DNA of 64,000 nucleotides from Vicugna vicugna (taxonomy: Eukaryota): the NCBI GenBank assembly GCA_013265495.1, contig MU058475.1, forward strand, positions 248,001 through 312,000, in the 5' to 3' direction. A program made the position numbers and the translations under genes. Shown one piece after another: positions 24,723 to 37,230 of this stretch. How positions within the stretch are numbered: the first letter of the stretch is position 1; each line of letters opens with the position of its first letter. The notes under the pieces are model-generated. The model was not told the DNA's origin. It made no database searches and was given only the letters and a program-made list of their open reading frames with translations.

Positions 24723-25196
24723 TTGTTTTAATTGAAGTATAGTCAGTTTATAATGTTGTGTCAATTTCTGGTGTACAGCATAATGTTTCAGTCACACATA
24801 TTCATACATATATTCCTTTTGGCATTCTTTTTCATGATAGGTTACTGCAAGATATTGAATATAGTTGCCTGTGCTATACTGAAGAAATTTGTTGTTCATC
24901 TATTTTATATACAGTAGTTTGTATCTGAAAATCTCAAACTCCCAAATTTTCCCTTCCCACCCTCTTCCTCTCTGGTAACCATAAGTGTGTTTTCTATGTC
25001 TGTGAGTTTGTCTCTGTTTTGTAAATAAGTTCATTTGTGTCATTTTTTTTAGATTCCACATATAAGTGATATCATATGATATTTGTCTTTCTCTTTCTGA
25101 CTTAACTTCACTTAGTATGATCATCTCTATGTCCATCCATGTTGCTGCAAATGGCATTACTTTATTCTTTTTTATGGCTGAGTAATATTCCATTTA

Positions 25197-25259
<63 letters not shown>

Positions 25260-25309
25260 GTGTGTGTGTGTGTTTGTGTCTGTATCACAACTTCTTTATC
25301 CAGTCATCT
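24723..25309 (-). mobile_element. 5'-truncated LINE-1 with internal (TA)n/(TG)n expansion at ~25197-25272
   Basis: ORF2 end [22 protein letters not shown]1 3' UTR. Confidence 0.95.
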
Positions 25310-25604
25310 CAAACTTCACTTCTTAATTAAGGGCTTGGACCAAGCTGGCAGTTTCACATCTTCTGAAGAAACACTGACTGGCAGAGTATCTCGGAGTGAA
25401 CAGATGGAGACCACATAATTAGAGACCCAAAAAATAGCCCAGCTAAGCCTGGCCTGCCCAGTGAGGCTGATACAGGATCATATGCTACTGTCCTCCCTGT
25501 CGGACAGAACTGCTTCCTGGGGGGTGAGTGGAAATGTAGGTCTTCAGGATGGAGGAAGTTGGTGCCCTTGAAGGGAGGTGGGGCTTTAATGAGGTTGAAT
25601 TTTT

Positions 25605-25785
25605 GTTTTGCCACTTACTAGGTATGCAACCTTGTATAAGTTACTTGACCTTTATGTGCTGGCCTCTGTACTGGTCCGGTGGGGACACAATGTGAGTCTT
25701 ACTGGCTTGAGTTAGCCAGTTAGCATTAGAAGTCATACCCATCTGGACCTTGCACAGTGCCTGGCGTGGAGCAGGCAGCTCCAGC
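25605..25785 (+). mobile_element. MIR
   Basis: tttgccacttactaggtatgcaaccttgtataagttacttgacc..gcacagtgcctggc. Confidence 0.6.
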
Positions 25786-27404
25786 ACCCAGCTACGTGGA
25801 CACATCCTTTCCAGTGCACTGGACCACACATGACTGTCATAGGAAGTTGGACAGCGAAGCCAAGGTACTCTGGGTGGCAGTTGGGCAGATCCTTCATGGT
25901 GGCCCAGAGATGCAATGATACAATGTTCTTTTGCATCTTCTCCTTGAATTTTTTTTCTCCTCTGGGACTCCCATTCAAGGCCAGACTTCAATAGGCACAA
26001 CTATGGAACCAAAGACATCCTCCAAATGATTGCCGTGGACAGACACAAGTGACCTCAAATACCCCTGTCCCTGACTGGCCTCAAGTTTGTAAAGACACAT
26101 TACCCAAGACCACGTATCTCTCAGGGTTTTGGAGAGAGAGGCAGGATAGATGGTTTCCCCAGGAGCATAAATGCTGAGGGAAAAAAATGTCCACGTCAAT
26201 GAGGGAGAACCACTTAGTGATTTCAGGACAGCTGGGCCCCCTGATTGGGACTTGCAGGAGAGGAGCGTGCTTGGCAGAGATTAGACTCCCTCTTTGATTT
26301 TTTATGTCATTTCTTTGCTCCTTGTCCTAACCCAATAGTGTCTCAAAAGTTCTAAAAGAAAAAAAGTCCATACCATGTGGAAATGACTTGAGATCATGCA
26401 ATAACTAAAATCTTTTGCACAAGTCTTAGTAATTTCCATTAAATATATAGAGAAAATAGCAGAAAAAGATGCCACAAAAATGAATAGCTTTCCCACACAT
26501 GTACGCATCCCAGACTCAAAGGACCAAATTTGCTGTTTATATATGTATTGAAAGCACTGTTGATAAGTCTGCAAACCAGTTTATGTTGGCTTTGCTTGGG
26601 GAAGGGCGCTACATTTGGGGTCCTTCTACCTCTGTGACAGAAACCAATATCTGCCCTATCTAGACTAGAAAGTTACATTTCATCTTCTTTCAGGGGCAAG
26701 AATCAAGATTCAGGGACGATACTTTCTTTGGTTCCCAGACTTTAGGATAGATTTTGCCAGCTGCCAACACACATTGTCCTTTATTGTAAAAGCTGGAGTC
26801 ACGTTGTGGCCGGCCTTGGAATGGGGGTGGTGTCCATAGTGAGGGAAGTGGAGAGAGGTGTTAATCTGTGGCCATAGTGTGCTAATTCTGATAATGAAGG
26901 TCGCAGAGCTAAAGGCACTCCGGAGACCATTTATCTTGCCTACCAGATGGTGTCAAATATGCCAGTCTTTGAGAAGGCATTGGGACGGCTTAACCAGGAA
27001 TTATGTCTTTGTATATTAGCCTTAATTTTTTTTAATTGAAAGTAAAAAATTCTGCTACAGTTCTAGACTTCTTTCTTATGCATTTGGATGTCTTGTAATC
27101 AACTCCTGGGTTGTGTGGTTAGCACTGACCTTGGCTCACCTCACCATCAATAATATCATTCCCTTTCTTTTGTTCTCTTGTTTCTCTAAAAAAATGTTTT
27201 TATTACATATTAAGTAGAGTTTTCACAGTTACTTAGGATACAGAAAGCTGCATGAGCTTGTTGCTCCCACGCTAATGTGAAAAATCCAGATAATCTGCAC
27301 AATTATAACTTTTTAAAGACCTACCTCGAGCTGAGGCTGTTGAATCCCAAATGCAGGTAAACCAAGGGTGCAGCTGTACAGCTATTTGCTCATATCTCAG
27401 AGAG

Positions 27405-27622
27405 ATCAAAGATGAAGGACCTCAGGGTTAAGGTCCCTGACGTGGGGAGGGGATCACGGATTATTCAGGTGGGATCAAGACGTAATCACACGAGTCCTTA
27501 AATTTGAATGGAGAGCCTTTCCTGGCTGCAGAGAAATGGCTGCATGAGAAAGACCCTGTCCTCTGCTGCTGGCTTTGAAAATGGAAGAGGGGATCACAAG
27601 CCAAGGAATGTGGGTGACTCCA
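27405..27622 (+). mobile_element. MLT1 (MaLR) LTR fragment
   Basis: ggattattcaggtggg..gtaatcaca..ctggctttgaaaatggaagagggg..agccaaggaatgtggg. Confidence 0.7.
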
Positions 27623-28545
27623 CTTTAAATATCAAGTTGTGTACAGGGTAAAGGTCAATGGATGAGAACCGTAAACAAAAGAAAGCAGGAGAGACTGTAT
27701 TATTATCAGAGAAAGCCAGTTCCCAAGGCAGGAGTTTCATCAGGGTTAAGGAAAGACTTTTTATAATGATAAAAGGCTCAGTGCCTCAGGAAGGTGTACT
27801 AGTTTAAATGTGTATGCATCTGAAAACACAGCTCCAAAACACATAAAACAACAAAAAAATGATACACTTGAAATGAGAGTCGTATTCACAATTACAGTTG
27901 GAAATGCCAATTTTCCTCTCTCAGTAATTGATAGACCCAATAGCCAAAAGGAAAAATAATCAATAAGGTTATAGAAACTTGAACAGCACAGTTGTTGGAT
28001 CTGGTCCCTACCTTCTGAGTAGTCCCCACCCATCACACCAGTGTGAGCTGAGACCAGTGTCACACGGCAGAGGTGGTGGTATTAGGTTATTACAGACTGT
28101 GGCTTCCGTCTTGTGGCTCATGTTCCCTCTCTTGGATTACTCACTCTGCGGGAAGCCAATGTGTGAACAGCCCTATAAAGTGGGCTGCATAGCAAGGAAC
28201 TGAGGCCTTCTGCCAACAGCCATGTGATGGAGGTTGGGAAGAGATCCTTCAGCCCCAGTCAAGTCTTCAGAGACTGTAGCGTTGGCCAACAGCTTGGCTG
28301 CAACCCCATCAGAGACTTTGTGCCAGAACTACCTAGCTAAGCCACTCCCAGATTCCTGACTCTCAGAATCTTTATTGTTTTGGGGTAATTTGTCACACAG
28401 CAATAGATAATAAACTACCAAAAATTTGACCTAGGTTGGTTTACAGCCTACTCCACCTAACAAGAGCAGAATATACATTCTTTTCAGTTGCCCAAGGAAA
28501 TTTAAAGATAGATCATATACTGGGCCATAAAACAAATCTCGTCAT
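27623..28545 (+). mobile_element. Old L1 ORF2 endonuclease-region fragment split by an MLT1 LTR
   Basis: ttttataatgataaaagg, acaattacagttgga, gcagaatatacattctttt, atagatcatatactgggccataaaacaa (IDHILGHKT). Confidence 0.75.
27992..28416 (+). mobile_element. MLT1E/F-like MaLR LTR
   Basis: aggaactgaggcc..gccaacagccatgtga..cagccccagtcaag..ttttggggtaatttgtcacacagcaatagataa. Confidence 0.75.
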
Positions 28546-30029
28546 GTTGCTCACCATTTATTGTTCTTCAGTTTTTCTTCTCATCATTTCTTTAATTTCT
28601 CTTCTCTTCTCTTCTATTTTTCTTCCCTTCCCTTTCCTTTTCTTTCTTTTTTCTTTAGACCTTCCATCTGATGTTTGAGATATATCCTTCAAGAATTTGA
28701 TTCTGTTTGTGCCTAGCTTTGATTTTTATTTGTAAGAAATAACTTCTTTACTTCTTCCATCTGTGAGAGTTATTTTGACTGGTATTATTTTAGGTTGGTG
28801 GTTTTTCTCTCAGCACATTGAGGACAATATTCTACTGTCTTCATTTCTGCTATCGAGAAGTCAGATGCAAAACTAATTGTCATTCTTTTGTGGATAATCT
28901 GTCTTTTCTCTCTAGTTGCTTCTAAGATTTTTTTTTTTCTACGTCAGGAGTCAACAAACTCCACTGAGTCTTCCATAAAAATGGAATAATTATCATCTAA
29001 CCTCATTGAAGTATTGTGGAGATTAACTAATTGATTATAAAGTTTTTCAAGATTGCTAAAAAAGTACTATTCTAGGAGGATTCCAGCAAAAAGACATGAA
29101 ACTACACTAGAAATCTATTAAAGCTCTTAAATGGGCTTGACTGAAGGAATTAGTCAATAAATTACAAAGTAAAAGAAAATTGGCTTTAATGTATGCAGCA
29201 ATGCATTCTACAGTGGAGTGTTGAACTTAAATCAATTCATCATTGCTTGCCCGATGACATAGCAAAATGTTTAAAATCTTTGAGGCAAGAAACAGCACCA
29301 CAATTTTTCCAGGTATTTATGGGTAGACAAAAATGTAGGCCTCTTCAAATGAGACAAAAATTGCTTAATGTTTATTAGTTAATAAAGATAATTTATTATT
29401 CTTTAACTTAAATTAATTTTAAATTCTTTAATTTTTCTTCTATGAGTATCTGATTAATTTTTGTATACTCTCATCTTTTTCATATACATATATTTAAAAT
29501 ATATGTCATATCAAGGGTTCTAAATTAAAGGTGGTAGCCTGATGATCACTCCCAGGTTTTCCCTGCTTCCTAAGGTGAATAATCCTACCATGATATTTTC
29601 AGGAGTGCTGGGAGGTGATGTCATTCTCCTGTGTTCCTGTCTCTCAAAACACTAGGCAGTTAAAATTGTTTACAAAGATGAGGATAAGACACTTTCTAAC
29701 TTTTAAGGGTAGATTAAGGATCCCACTTCCACCCCACCTGTCTCCTCCCCCTGATGAGAAGTGTGAAATGGATCAAGGATCAGCAAATACATCAATTGCC
29801 GGGTGTGGGCAGACTTCTCCAGGAGAAACAGAGGTTAAATGTGTTTGTGCCTTCAAAGGGAGGCACTTTTTTGGGAACACTCCTCTTTAGGTGCTCCTAG
29901 ATCCCTTTTCTGCTTTGAATTACCTCTTTATCTCCCCTCTAATGGAACATGGGTGATAAAGTAGACCTAGATTATCTTCCAAATAGAGGAGACATATCTC
30001 TTCTCATCCTCTTTATTTCTTTGTTGTCA

Positions 30030-32940
30030 ATCTTCTGCCTATTGTTCTATCCATTGTTGAATGTAGAGTATTGAAATCTCCAACTATTATTGCCTCCAAC
30101 TATTGTATTGTCTATTTTTTCCTTACAATTCTGTCATTTTTCCTTTGTGATTTTTTGAGATTCTCTTGTTATGTGCATACAGGTTTAAAATGGCTACATC
30201 TTTCTGATAGATTGTTCCTCTTATCATTATAAAATGTTCTTTTTTGCTTCTAGTAACAATTTTTGTCTTAGTCTGTTTTGTCTATATAGCCATTCCAGTT
30301 CTCTTTTGGGTACTATCAAATCCTTTAACTTTCAACCTATTGTGTCTTGAATATAAAGTGTCTCTTGTAGACAGTATGTATAGTTGAACCATGTTTGTTT
30401 ATTTTTTTAAACCATGATGCCAGTCATCTCTGCCTTTTGGTTAGAATGTTTATTCCCTTTACATTTAATTGTAATTACTGATGAGGTAGGATTTATATCT
30501 GCAATTTTGTTATTTGCTTTTGGTACACCTTATGTCTTATTTGATAGTCTGTTCCTTCATTACTGCCTTCTTTTTAGTTAGATATTTTCTAATATATCAT
30601 TCTTATTTTCTTGCTATTTCTTGTCTTATATTTTTAAGTTACATTTTTAGTGGACTCCCTGGGAATTACAATTAGCACCATAACTTAAAACAATATGGTT
30701 CATATTAAAACTGGCTTTATTTCAATAGTGTATGAAAAGTTTGTTCCAATATAGCTTTGTGTCATTCCCCTCCTTTGTGCTATTATTATAACACAAATGA
30801 TATTCTTGTACATTATAAAACCATCAACACAGTTTTTGTACATTTTTAAGAAGTCAGATAGAAGAATTAAAGAGTTACAAACAAAATATATTCACACTGT
30901 CATATTTACCTAGGTAGCTACTATCATGGGTGCTCTTTATTTCTTCATGTGGATTCAAGTTATTGTCTACTGTCCTTTCATTTCAGCCTGAAGGACTTCC
31001 TTTAAAATTTGTTTTAGGACCAGTCTGCTAGTGATGAATACTCTTAGTTTTTGTTTTTCTGAAAATAGCTTAATTTTCCCTTTGTTTTATCAAAGATAGT
31101 TTTACAGGATATAGAATTCTTGATTGATTATCCTTTCCCCTCCCCAGCACTTTGAAGAGGCCATTCTACTATCTTCTGGCTTCCATGTTTTCTGATGAGA
31201 ATTCAGCTGTTGATCTTATTGGAGATCCCTTGTATATGATCAATTGCTTCTCTCTTCTCTTGTCTTTTGACAATTTGATGATGGTGTGTCTAGGTGTGAA
31301 TCTTTTGAATATATCCTACTTGGACTTAATTAAACCTCTTAGACATACTCACTGATCAAAGTTTTCATCAAATTTGAGAAGTATTTGGCCATTGTTTCTT
31401 CAAACAATCTTTCTCCTTTCCCTTCCTTCTCTCCCATGCATGTATTAGTGTGATTGATGGTGTCTCTTTGGCTTTCTTTATTTTTCTTCATCCTTTTCTC
31501 TTTCTTTTCCTCAGACAAGATAATGATCCCAAATGATCAGTCTTCAAGTTTGCTGATTCTTTCTTCTGACAGTTCAAATCTTTGTTGAGCTGCTCTAGTG
31601 AATTTTTGGTTTCAACTTTTGTTCTTTTCAACTCAAGAATTTATATTTCATTCTTTAAAAATAATTTCTGTAACTTATAGATATTCTCTATTTTTCTACA
31701 TCACTCTCAAGATTCTCTTTAATGCTTATACATAGTTTTCTTTCATTCTTTGAACATATTTATAATAACTCATCTAGGATATTTTTCTATTAAGTTCAAT
31801 ATTCGGGCTTCCTCAGGGACAGTTTATCATGGTTGCTTATTTTAACTCTATCTGGGCCATATTTTCCTGTTTCTTCTCATGTCTTATACTTTTTTGTCTG
31901 AAACTGGACATTAAATAACACAGTGTGGTAATTCTGAAATAAGCTTGCCTTCTTCTCCAGAGTTTGTTGTTTCTGTTAGGTGTTGCTGCTCTTTGTTTAG
32001 TGATTTCCCTGGACTAAATCTGTAAAATCTATATTCTTTGTTATGTGCAGCCATTGAAATCTATGCTTGCTTAACATAGTGGTAAGCTAATGATTAGACA
32101 GAGTTTTATTTAAATGCTTTGAACCAGTATGTCTCCCAGTGTTTGACAAGTGGCTGTGTGTGTGTGTTGAGGCATGCCATCAGGCGTACCGGCAGGCAGT
32201 TTAGAGTTCTTCCTTACAGTCATCGCTTTTTGCTTGTGTACAGCTAGAAGGTCAGTCAGAGGGCAATTAGGGCCTTCTCGGGTCTTTCCTGGGCATGCAC
32301 ATAACCCTGCACATGAGTGTGGCTTTCTAGATTCTTAGGATTATGTTGGAAATTTTCAAACTGTAGGATTATTCCCCTTACAAATATCTCTTTCTCTAGT
32401 TTTTCCCTGTAAGTTTTTTGGTCAGCCTGTTGTTGGCCCCAACTGGTATTCTGCCTCAGGTAGCTGAGACGTTAAACAATTGTTGTTCATTGTTTTTCAC
32501 AAATGCCCTGGGGAGAGGACTGCTTGCACTGAGTCAGGTCAAATAAAGGCAAGTCCTGAGAATGGAGGTTTTCAGTCAGCTCTGGGGATAAGTCTCGGGA
32601 AGAGTTCCAAAACCATTCTCCCCTCTCCAGTGATTACTAGGCTGAAGATTTTCATAGTTACTGTCCTGTGAAGCTATTGGTTTTCAACACTAATGTGGAG
32701 CTAAGGAGAGGGAAGTGGAATTAGGACAAATGAAAATACTACAAAGCTCACTGTTTTTACCGATATTCAGCTATTTTTGTTGAATAAATATTTTTTGGAT
32801 TGCTGCAAGCCTTTGGTTAATTTCCAAAGTCCTGAGACATTGATTTTGCCTTTTTTTTTTTTTTTGCCAGTGTTCTTGCTGCTGTTATGGGGGAGCAGAA
32901 TTTTGGAGATCCTTTCTCTGCCATTGCAGAAGTGCTTCCT
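30030..32940 (-). mobile_element. Decayed L1M element (ORF2 5' part, ORF1, 5' region)
   Basis: Collinear similarity to the L1 at 15590-18800 (gagtattgaaatctccaactattat; tcaagtttgctgattcttt; ctgaaactggaca). Confidence 0.8.
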
Positions 32941-33630
32941 CCCCTCTCATCATCTTTAGAAACCATGTGAAAACAAGGGCCCTTCCCTGGAAAAAGGATA
33001 CACGGAACTGGCAGTTTTTTCGTAGTCTAGAGGGGCTAAGAGTTTTCATAACCCAGGTCTCTAGGGTATGGATTTGGGGCTATAGGATGCTTAGGTCTGA
33101 ATTGTCTTCTAAAGAAAGCCTTGGACATCCATTGATATAGCAGGTTGTATTCTGACATTGGAAACCCTGGGGTCATGAATTACAACTAGCAGGTTGATCA
33201 CCTTTGCCCTATACCAAGGATTTCTTCATTCTTGGAACATTTTGTCTTTCAAATTAATTTCACATGTGAGTGTGAATCCTGGCTCATTTGCCACCCCCCC
33301 CCCAAATGTTCACTGATCTATGCATTCAAACTTCCTCCACCATCCTTTTTTATTGTTAACTATCTTGTCCCCCTCTGTTTCTTAGCTTCCCAATTTGAGT
33401 TCTGATAGTAACATCTAATTCTAAAGACCACCATATGGGTCCCAATGTCACAGTTTAGAAAAAGAATCTGAGTGTAGTAGGAGCATGGAGAAACACCACA
33501 CAGGTGAACCCCTACAATGGAGAATGGGACAGATAATATCATCTAAAGTCAATTTACTAGTTTTTATATGACAAACAGCAATCTTGGTAATTGCAACTTT
33601 TTATGGTAAATACCAGCTGTCGGATGGTAG

Positions 33631-34214
33631 TAAGACAGGAGGGAAATGGGCAGGGCACAATCATTAAAAGAATAACACACCCATTAAGGATATGATGTAA
33701 ACTGGTTAGAACCAACTAGCTTCAGGATGGCAGGAGATTCGCCTCCCAGTAGACCTTGAGCCTCATTAAAGGCTCATTGTACTACATTAGCTGTTAAATG
33801 ACACACCTGCAGGTGCCATGACATTTCCCAGGCTGACCGTAAAAGGCCAAAAAGTGGGTGGTGACCAAATTCCTTGATATCCCCACCCTGTTCCCAAATT
33901 AGTTGGAATAACCCTCCCACTTGTTAGCATATGAAATTACCGAGCCCATAAAAACTAACCACCCCTGTACCCCCAGGCCAGTCTCACTTTCCTAGACGAC
34001 CCCATGCTCTGGGGCTGCTCTCCCTCCTGAGATGGACCCCATTCTGTCTGTGGAATGTGTATCTCTCTAAATAAACTCGCTTTCACTTTACTAAGCTCGT
34101 TATTGAATTCTTCCCTGTGTGAAGCCAAGGACCCTCACTTGGCAGGGTGAATCCCAGGGACTTGCCCAAGACCTGGGACATAACCATCATCTTGCACCCC
34201 ATTTTCCTGCAACA
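33631..34214 (+). mobile_element. Solo ERV1-type LTR, 584 bp, same family as 46613-47278
   Basis: Starts taagacaggaggga (TG mutated), ends gcaaca; TSD gtag (33627-33630 / 34215-34218); CATAAAA and AATAAA present. Confidence 0.9.
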
Positions 34215-35169
34215 GTAGTTTGTGTGGAATTTAGAAAAATAAGAGTTTAGAGGCAAAGAGTTTGTGTTTACCTAGCACTGTCTGAGGGGGACAAAGAGAG
34301 ACTCTGAATTTAACAGAAAGGTAAAAAATTACAGTTCCTTCATCAGTTAACTCTAGGGTAGCACTGAGATCATTCTCCACGGCGTTCTCTAGGCTGGATA
34401 AAATAACCCACAAAGCTCCCTTCGCTCTGATTCTCAGCTTAATTTTCCAGCTGCTAGCTCTGATAACTTCCTCACGAGGAGGTGTTCTACACAGCGAATC
34501 TGAGTGTTTCTGGCTGTACAAGTACCCATCTTCCTCCTCCCACCTCCCTCTCTCCTTCCCTGGCTGTAGTCAGTGGCCTTCTCCTTTATAACTCAGTCTC
34601 CTGTGGCCTTGGCTGGTGTCTGATCCCCTTAGAGACCGGCCTGAGATCTGCATAATCCCCAGAAGCCTCTGGTGGAAATAGCTTTCAACCTCTTCTCTCT
34701 GCATTACAGCAGTGGGGAGACCCAAGATCACAACCACAGGCACAAGGAACAAAGGCAGTCTGAGAAAGCAGGGCCTCTCTTTTGGCACCAGTGTATTTAA
34801 AAGTGACAGGCAGTGATGGCGTTTATAAATAACAATTTAAAAGGACTGTTGATGTCGGTAATTCCAAGCCTCAAGCATCCACCACCAGGATGTGAGTGGT
34901 ACATGGGCACATCTGTGAAGGGAGGCCTCTCTTTTTACCTACAATGCTTCAGGTCTTCTCACTTACTAACACGCCGTTTCCCTAACCCTGCCAAATGCGA
35001 GCCGCACTCATTTATATTAGTGAGGATTTTCAGGGCCCCTGGGTTTCTTGCTGGTGTCTCTCAAGACTGCTGCTCCTTGCATTACTAGGCTGTGATGTGC
35101 TTTCAAGCAAAAGGACCATCTCCACAGAAACAGATGTTAACATCCCCGGGCACAGCATGCCCTCTCCCT

Positions 35170-35470
35170 GTGATGTTCTCTCCAAATTTGCATTTGTGCT
35201 GTCAGTTGGAGAGGTGCACAGAAAGACAATTGATGCCACCAGTGAAAGAAGTTATGATGGTAATGAGGGATGAGGGGGAAGAAACAGACTCGTTAATTAA
35301 TGGTCCAGAAGGGGGAAATGGGCTCTCTCAGCTCACATAAGCTGCTTGAACTCAAGGAGGGTTAATTGTTTTCTCTGCTAGCCCCACAGTAGCTTTCATC
35401 TCCGGAGATGGCGAGAATGAGCCTTAATTAGCCAGCCTGACCTAGTCTCATTGTCAGTTACAGATAGGAC
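35170..35470. promoter_or_regulatory. Candidate developmental enhancer
   Basis: Octamer ATTTGCAT 35186-35193, TGTCAG x2, TTAATTAA 35293-35300, TAATTA 35425-35430 in non-repeat DNA; motif evidence only. Confidence 0.35.
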
Positions 35471-35659
35471 ATCACCCGGTTTGTTCTCAGGCCTCTGGAA
35501 CGAATTCACACACACACATACACACACCCCTCGCCCTGCACACAGAAAATGGTTAGTCATCTTTTCCTTGAAAGGTATGGGAGGAAATGTTCCTCTAAAA
35601 CATTTGAATCAAGTGAGCCTGGCTTAAGGCAGGCCAGTGTGTGGGTGCAGGCGGGTAGC

Positions 35660-36340
35660 TGTCTTAGGTTAGCTTAGCTTCTTTGCCAAGAGACAGTCTT
35701 TGAGATGGAGACGGCGTCTAGGAGGTTAACTGCAGGGGTTGGGGGCGGTGCTCTGGGGAACAGCCCCATAAGGGAGCGAGGAAGCCAAGGGGAGGCTGGA
35801 CTGTGATGTGGTTCTAACAAAGGCCTCAGCTCATCTCATAGGGACCCTGCAACCAGGACAGCCCTCTGGGGTGTCTTAAATGAGGCCGGGGGACTGGGCC
35901 TTCAGATTGCACACAATGAGGAGTCCCAGGGAGGAGGGTAGCCTGGGTGCTAGGCATTCCCTTCAAGTGAGGGTAATTTTTTTTTTCCATTTTTCAGTTT
36001 TATTAGGTAGAATTGTTGCAATTTGACTGCATATATACAATATATTGCATGTAAATACATATATACTGCACATTTAAAAAATTTACTTATATGTGCTGAT
36101 CATTGTTTCTAAGAGCAATTTAGAGCTTTAGCTTTTTAAACTTACATAGTCATCAAAGGAATAGACCCAACCACAAAATAAGAATCAAAAGAATGCGGTA
36201 ATCCAATTGTAAAGGACAGATAGATGTGCTCACACATATTCAAGAAATCGGTCATCTAAGGTGTAAATAGTAAGTAGTCAAGTGAGGGAAATTCTCCAAG
36301 AGCAGCTCAGCCAGGGCTCTCAGCCACTGGCCTCCAGCTT
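35660..36340. mobile_element. Ancient MaLR/ERVL-type LTR hosting the retroposed insert
   Basis: tgtcttaggttag..ttgagatggag..ggctggactgtgatgtggtt..aaaggcctcagc pattern. Confidence 0.5.
35979..36277 (-). pseudogene. Retroposed polyadenylated RNA 3' end, copy 1 (source unidentified)
   Basis: Minus-strand AATAAA 35999-36004, poly(A), 16-bp TSD tcaagtgagggtaatt (35963-35978) / tcaagtgagggaaatt (36278-36293). Confidence 0.8.
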
Positions 36341-36469
36341 TACTGAAATATCTGCTATGTAACATTGTGTAACTTGAAGGTGTACAATGTGTTGATCTGA
36401 TACATGTATATACCTGTGAAATCATTTCCAAAATGTTAATGAACATCTCCACCACTTCACCCAATTACC

Positions 36470-36505
<36 letters not shown>

Positions 36506-37230
36506 CGGGGTGGGGTGGGGTAAGATTTAAGGTCTACTTTCTTAGCAAGTGTCGTTATGATACCTTATTGTTAACTAGAGTCACCATGCTGTACAGCAGA
36601 TCAACAGAAGTTATTCATCTTAGAACTGGAAGTTTGTACCCTTTGAACACCTCCCCATTTCCACCGGCCCCCAGCCCCTGGCAACCTCTCATCTTCTGTT
36701 TCTATGAATTTGGCTTTTTCAGATTCCACATATAAATGAGATCACGCAGTATTTCTCTTTCTCTGACTGACTTACTTCACTTAGCCTAATGCCCTCAAGG
36801 TTTGTCCATGTTGTTGCAAACGGCAGAAGCGCCTTCTTTTACAAGGCTGAATAACATTCCACCGTGTGTGTATAGTTATAAGAACAGCTATAAAGAAAAT
36901 GTGATCTATGGATCTCTATCTTTATGCTGCGTTTTCCTTATCCACTTGGGTCGTTTCTGTGTCTTGCTGCTGTGAATAACACTGCAATGAACATGGGGGT
37001 GCAGATATCTCTTCTAGGCAGTGATTTCATTTCCTTCCGATAAATACCCCAAAGTGGCATTGCTGGACCATATGGTAGTTCTATTTTTAAATTTTGAGGA
37101 ATCTCCGTACTGTTTTCCATAGTGACTGTACCAATTTCTATTCCACCAGCCATGCACAAGGGTTGGCCCCTTTCTCCGCACCCTCGTTAGCATTTGTTAG
37201 CTCCTATCTTTTTGATAATAGTTTACTTAC
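36340..37230 (-). mobile_element. LINE-1 3' end with (TG)n at ~36472-36503
   Basis: ORF2 end [27 protein letters not shown]; tttagattccacatataaatgagatca. Confidence 0.9.
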
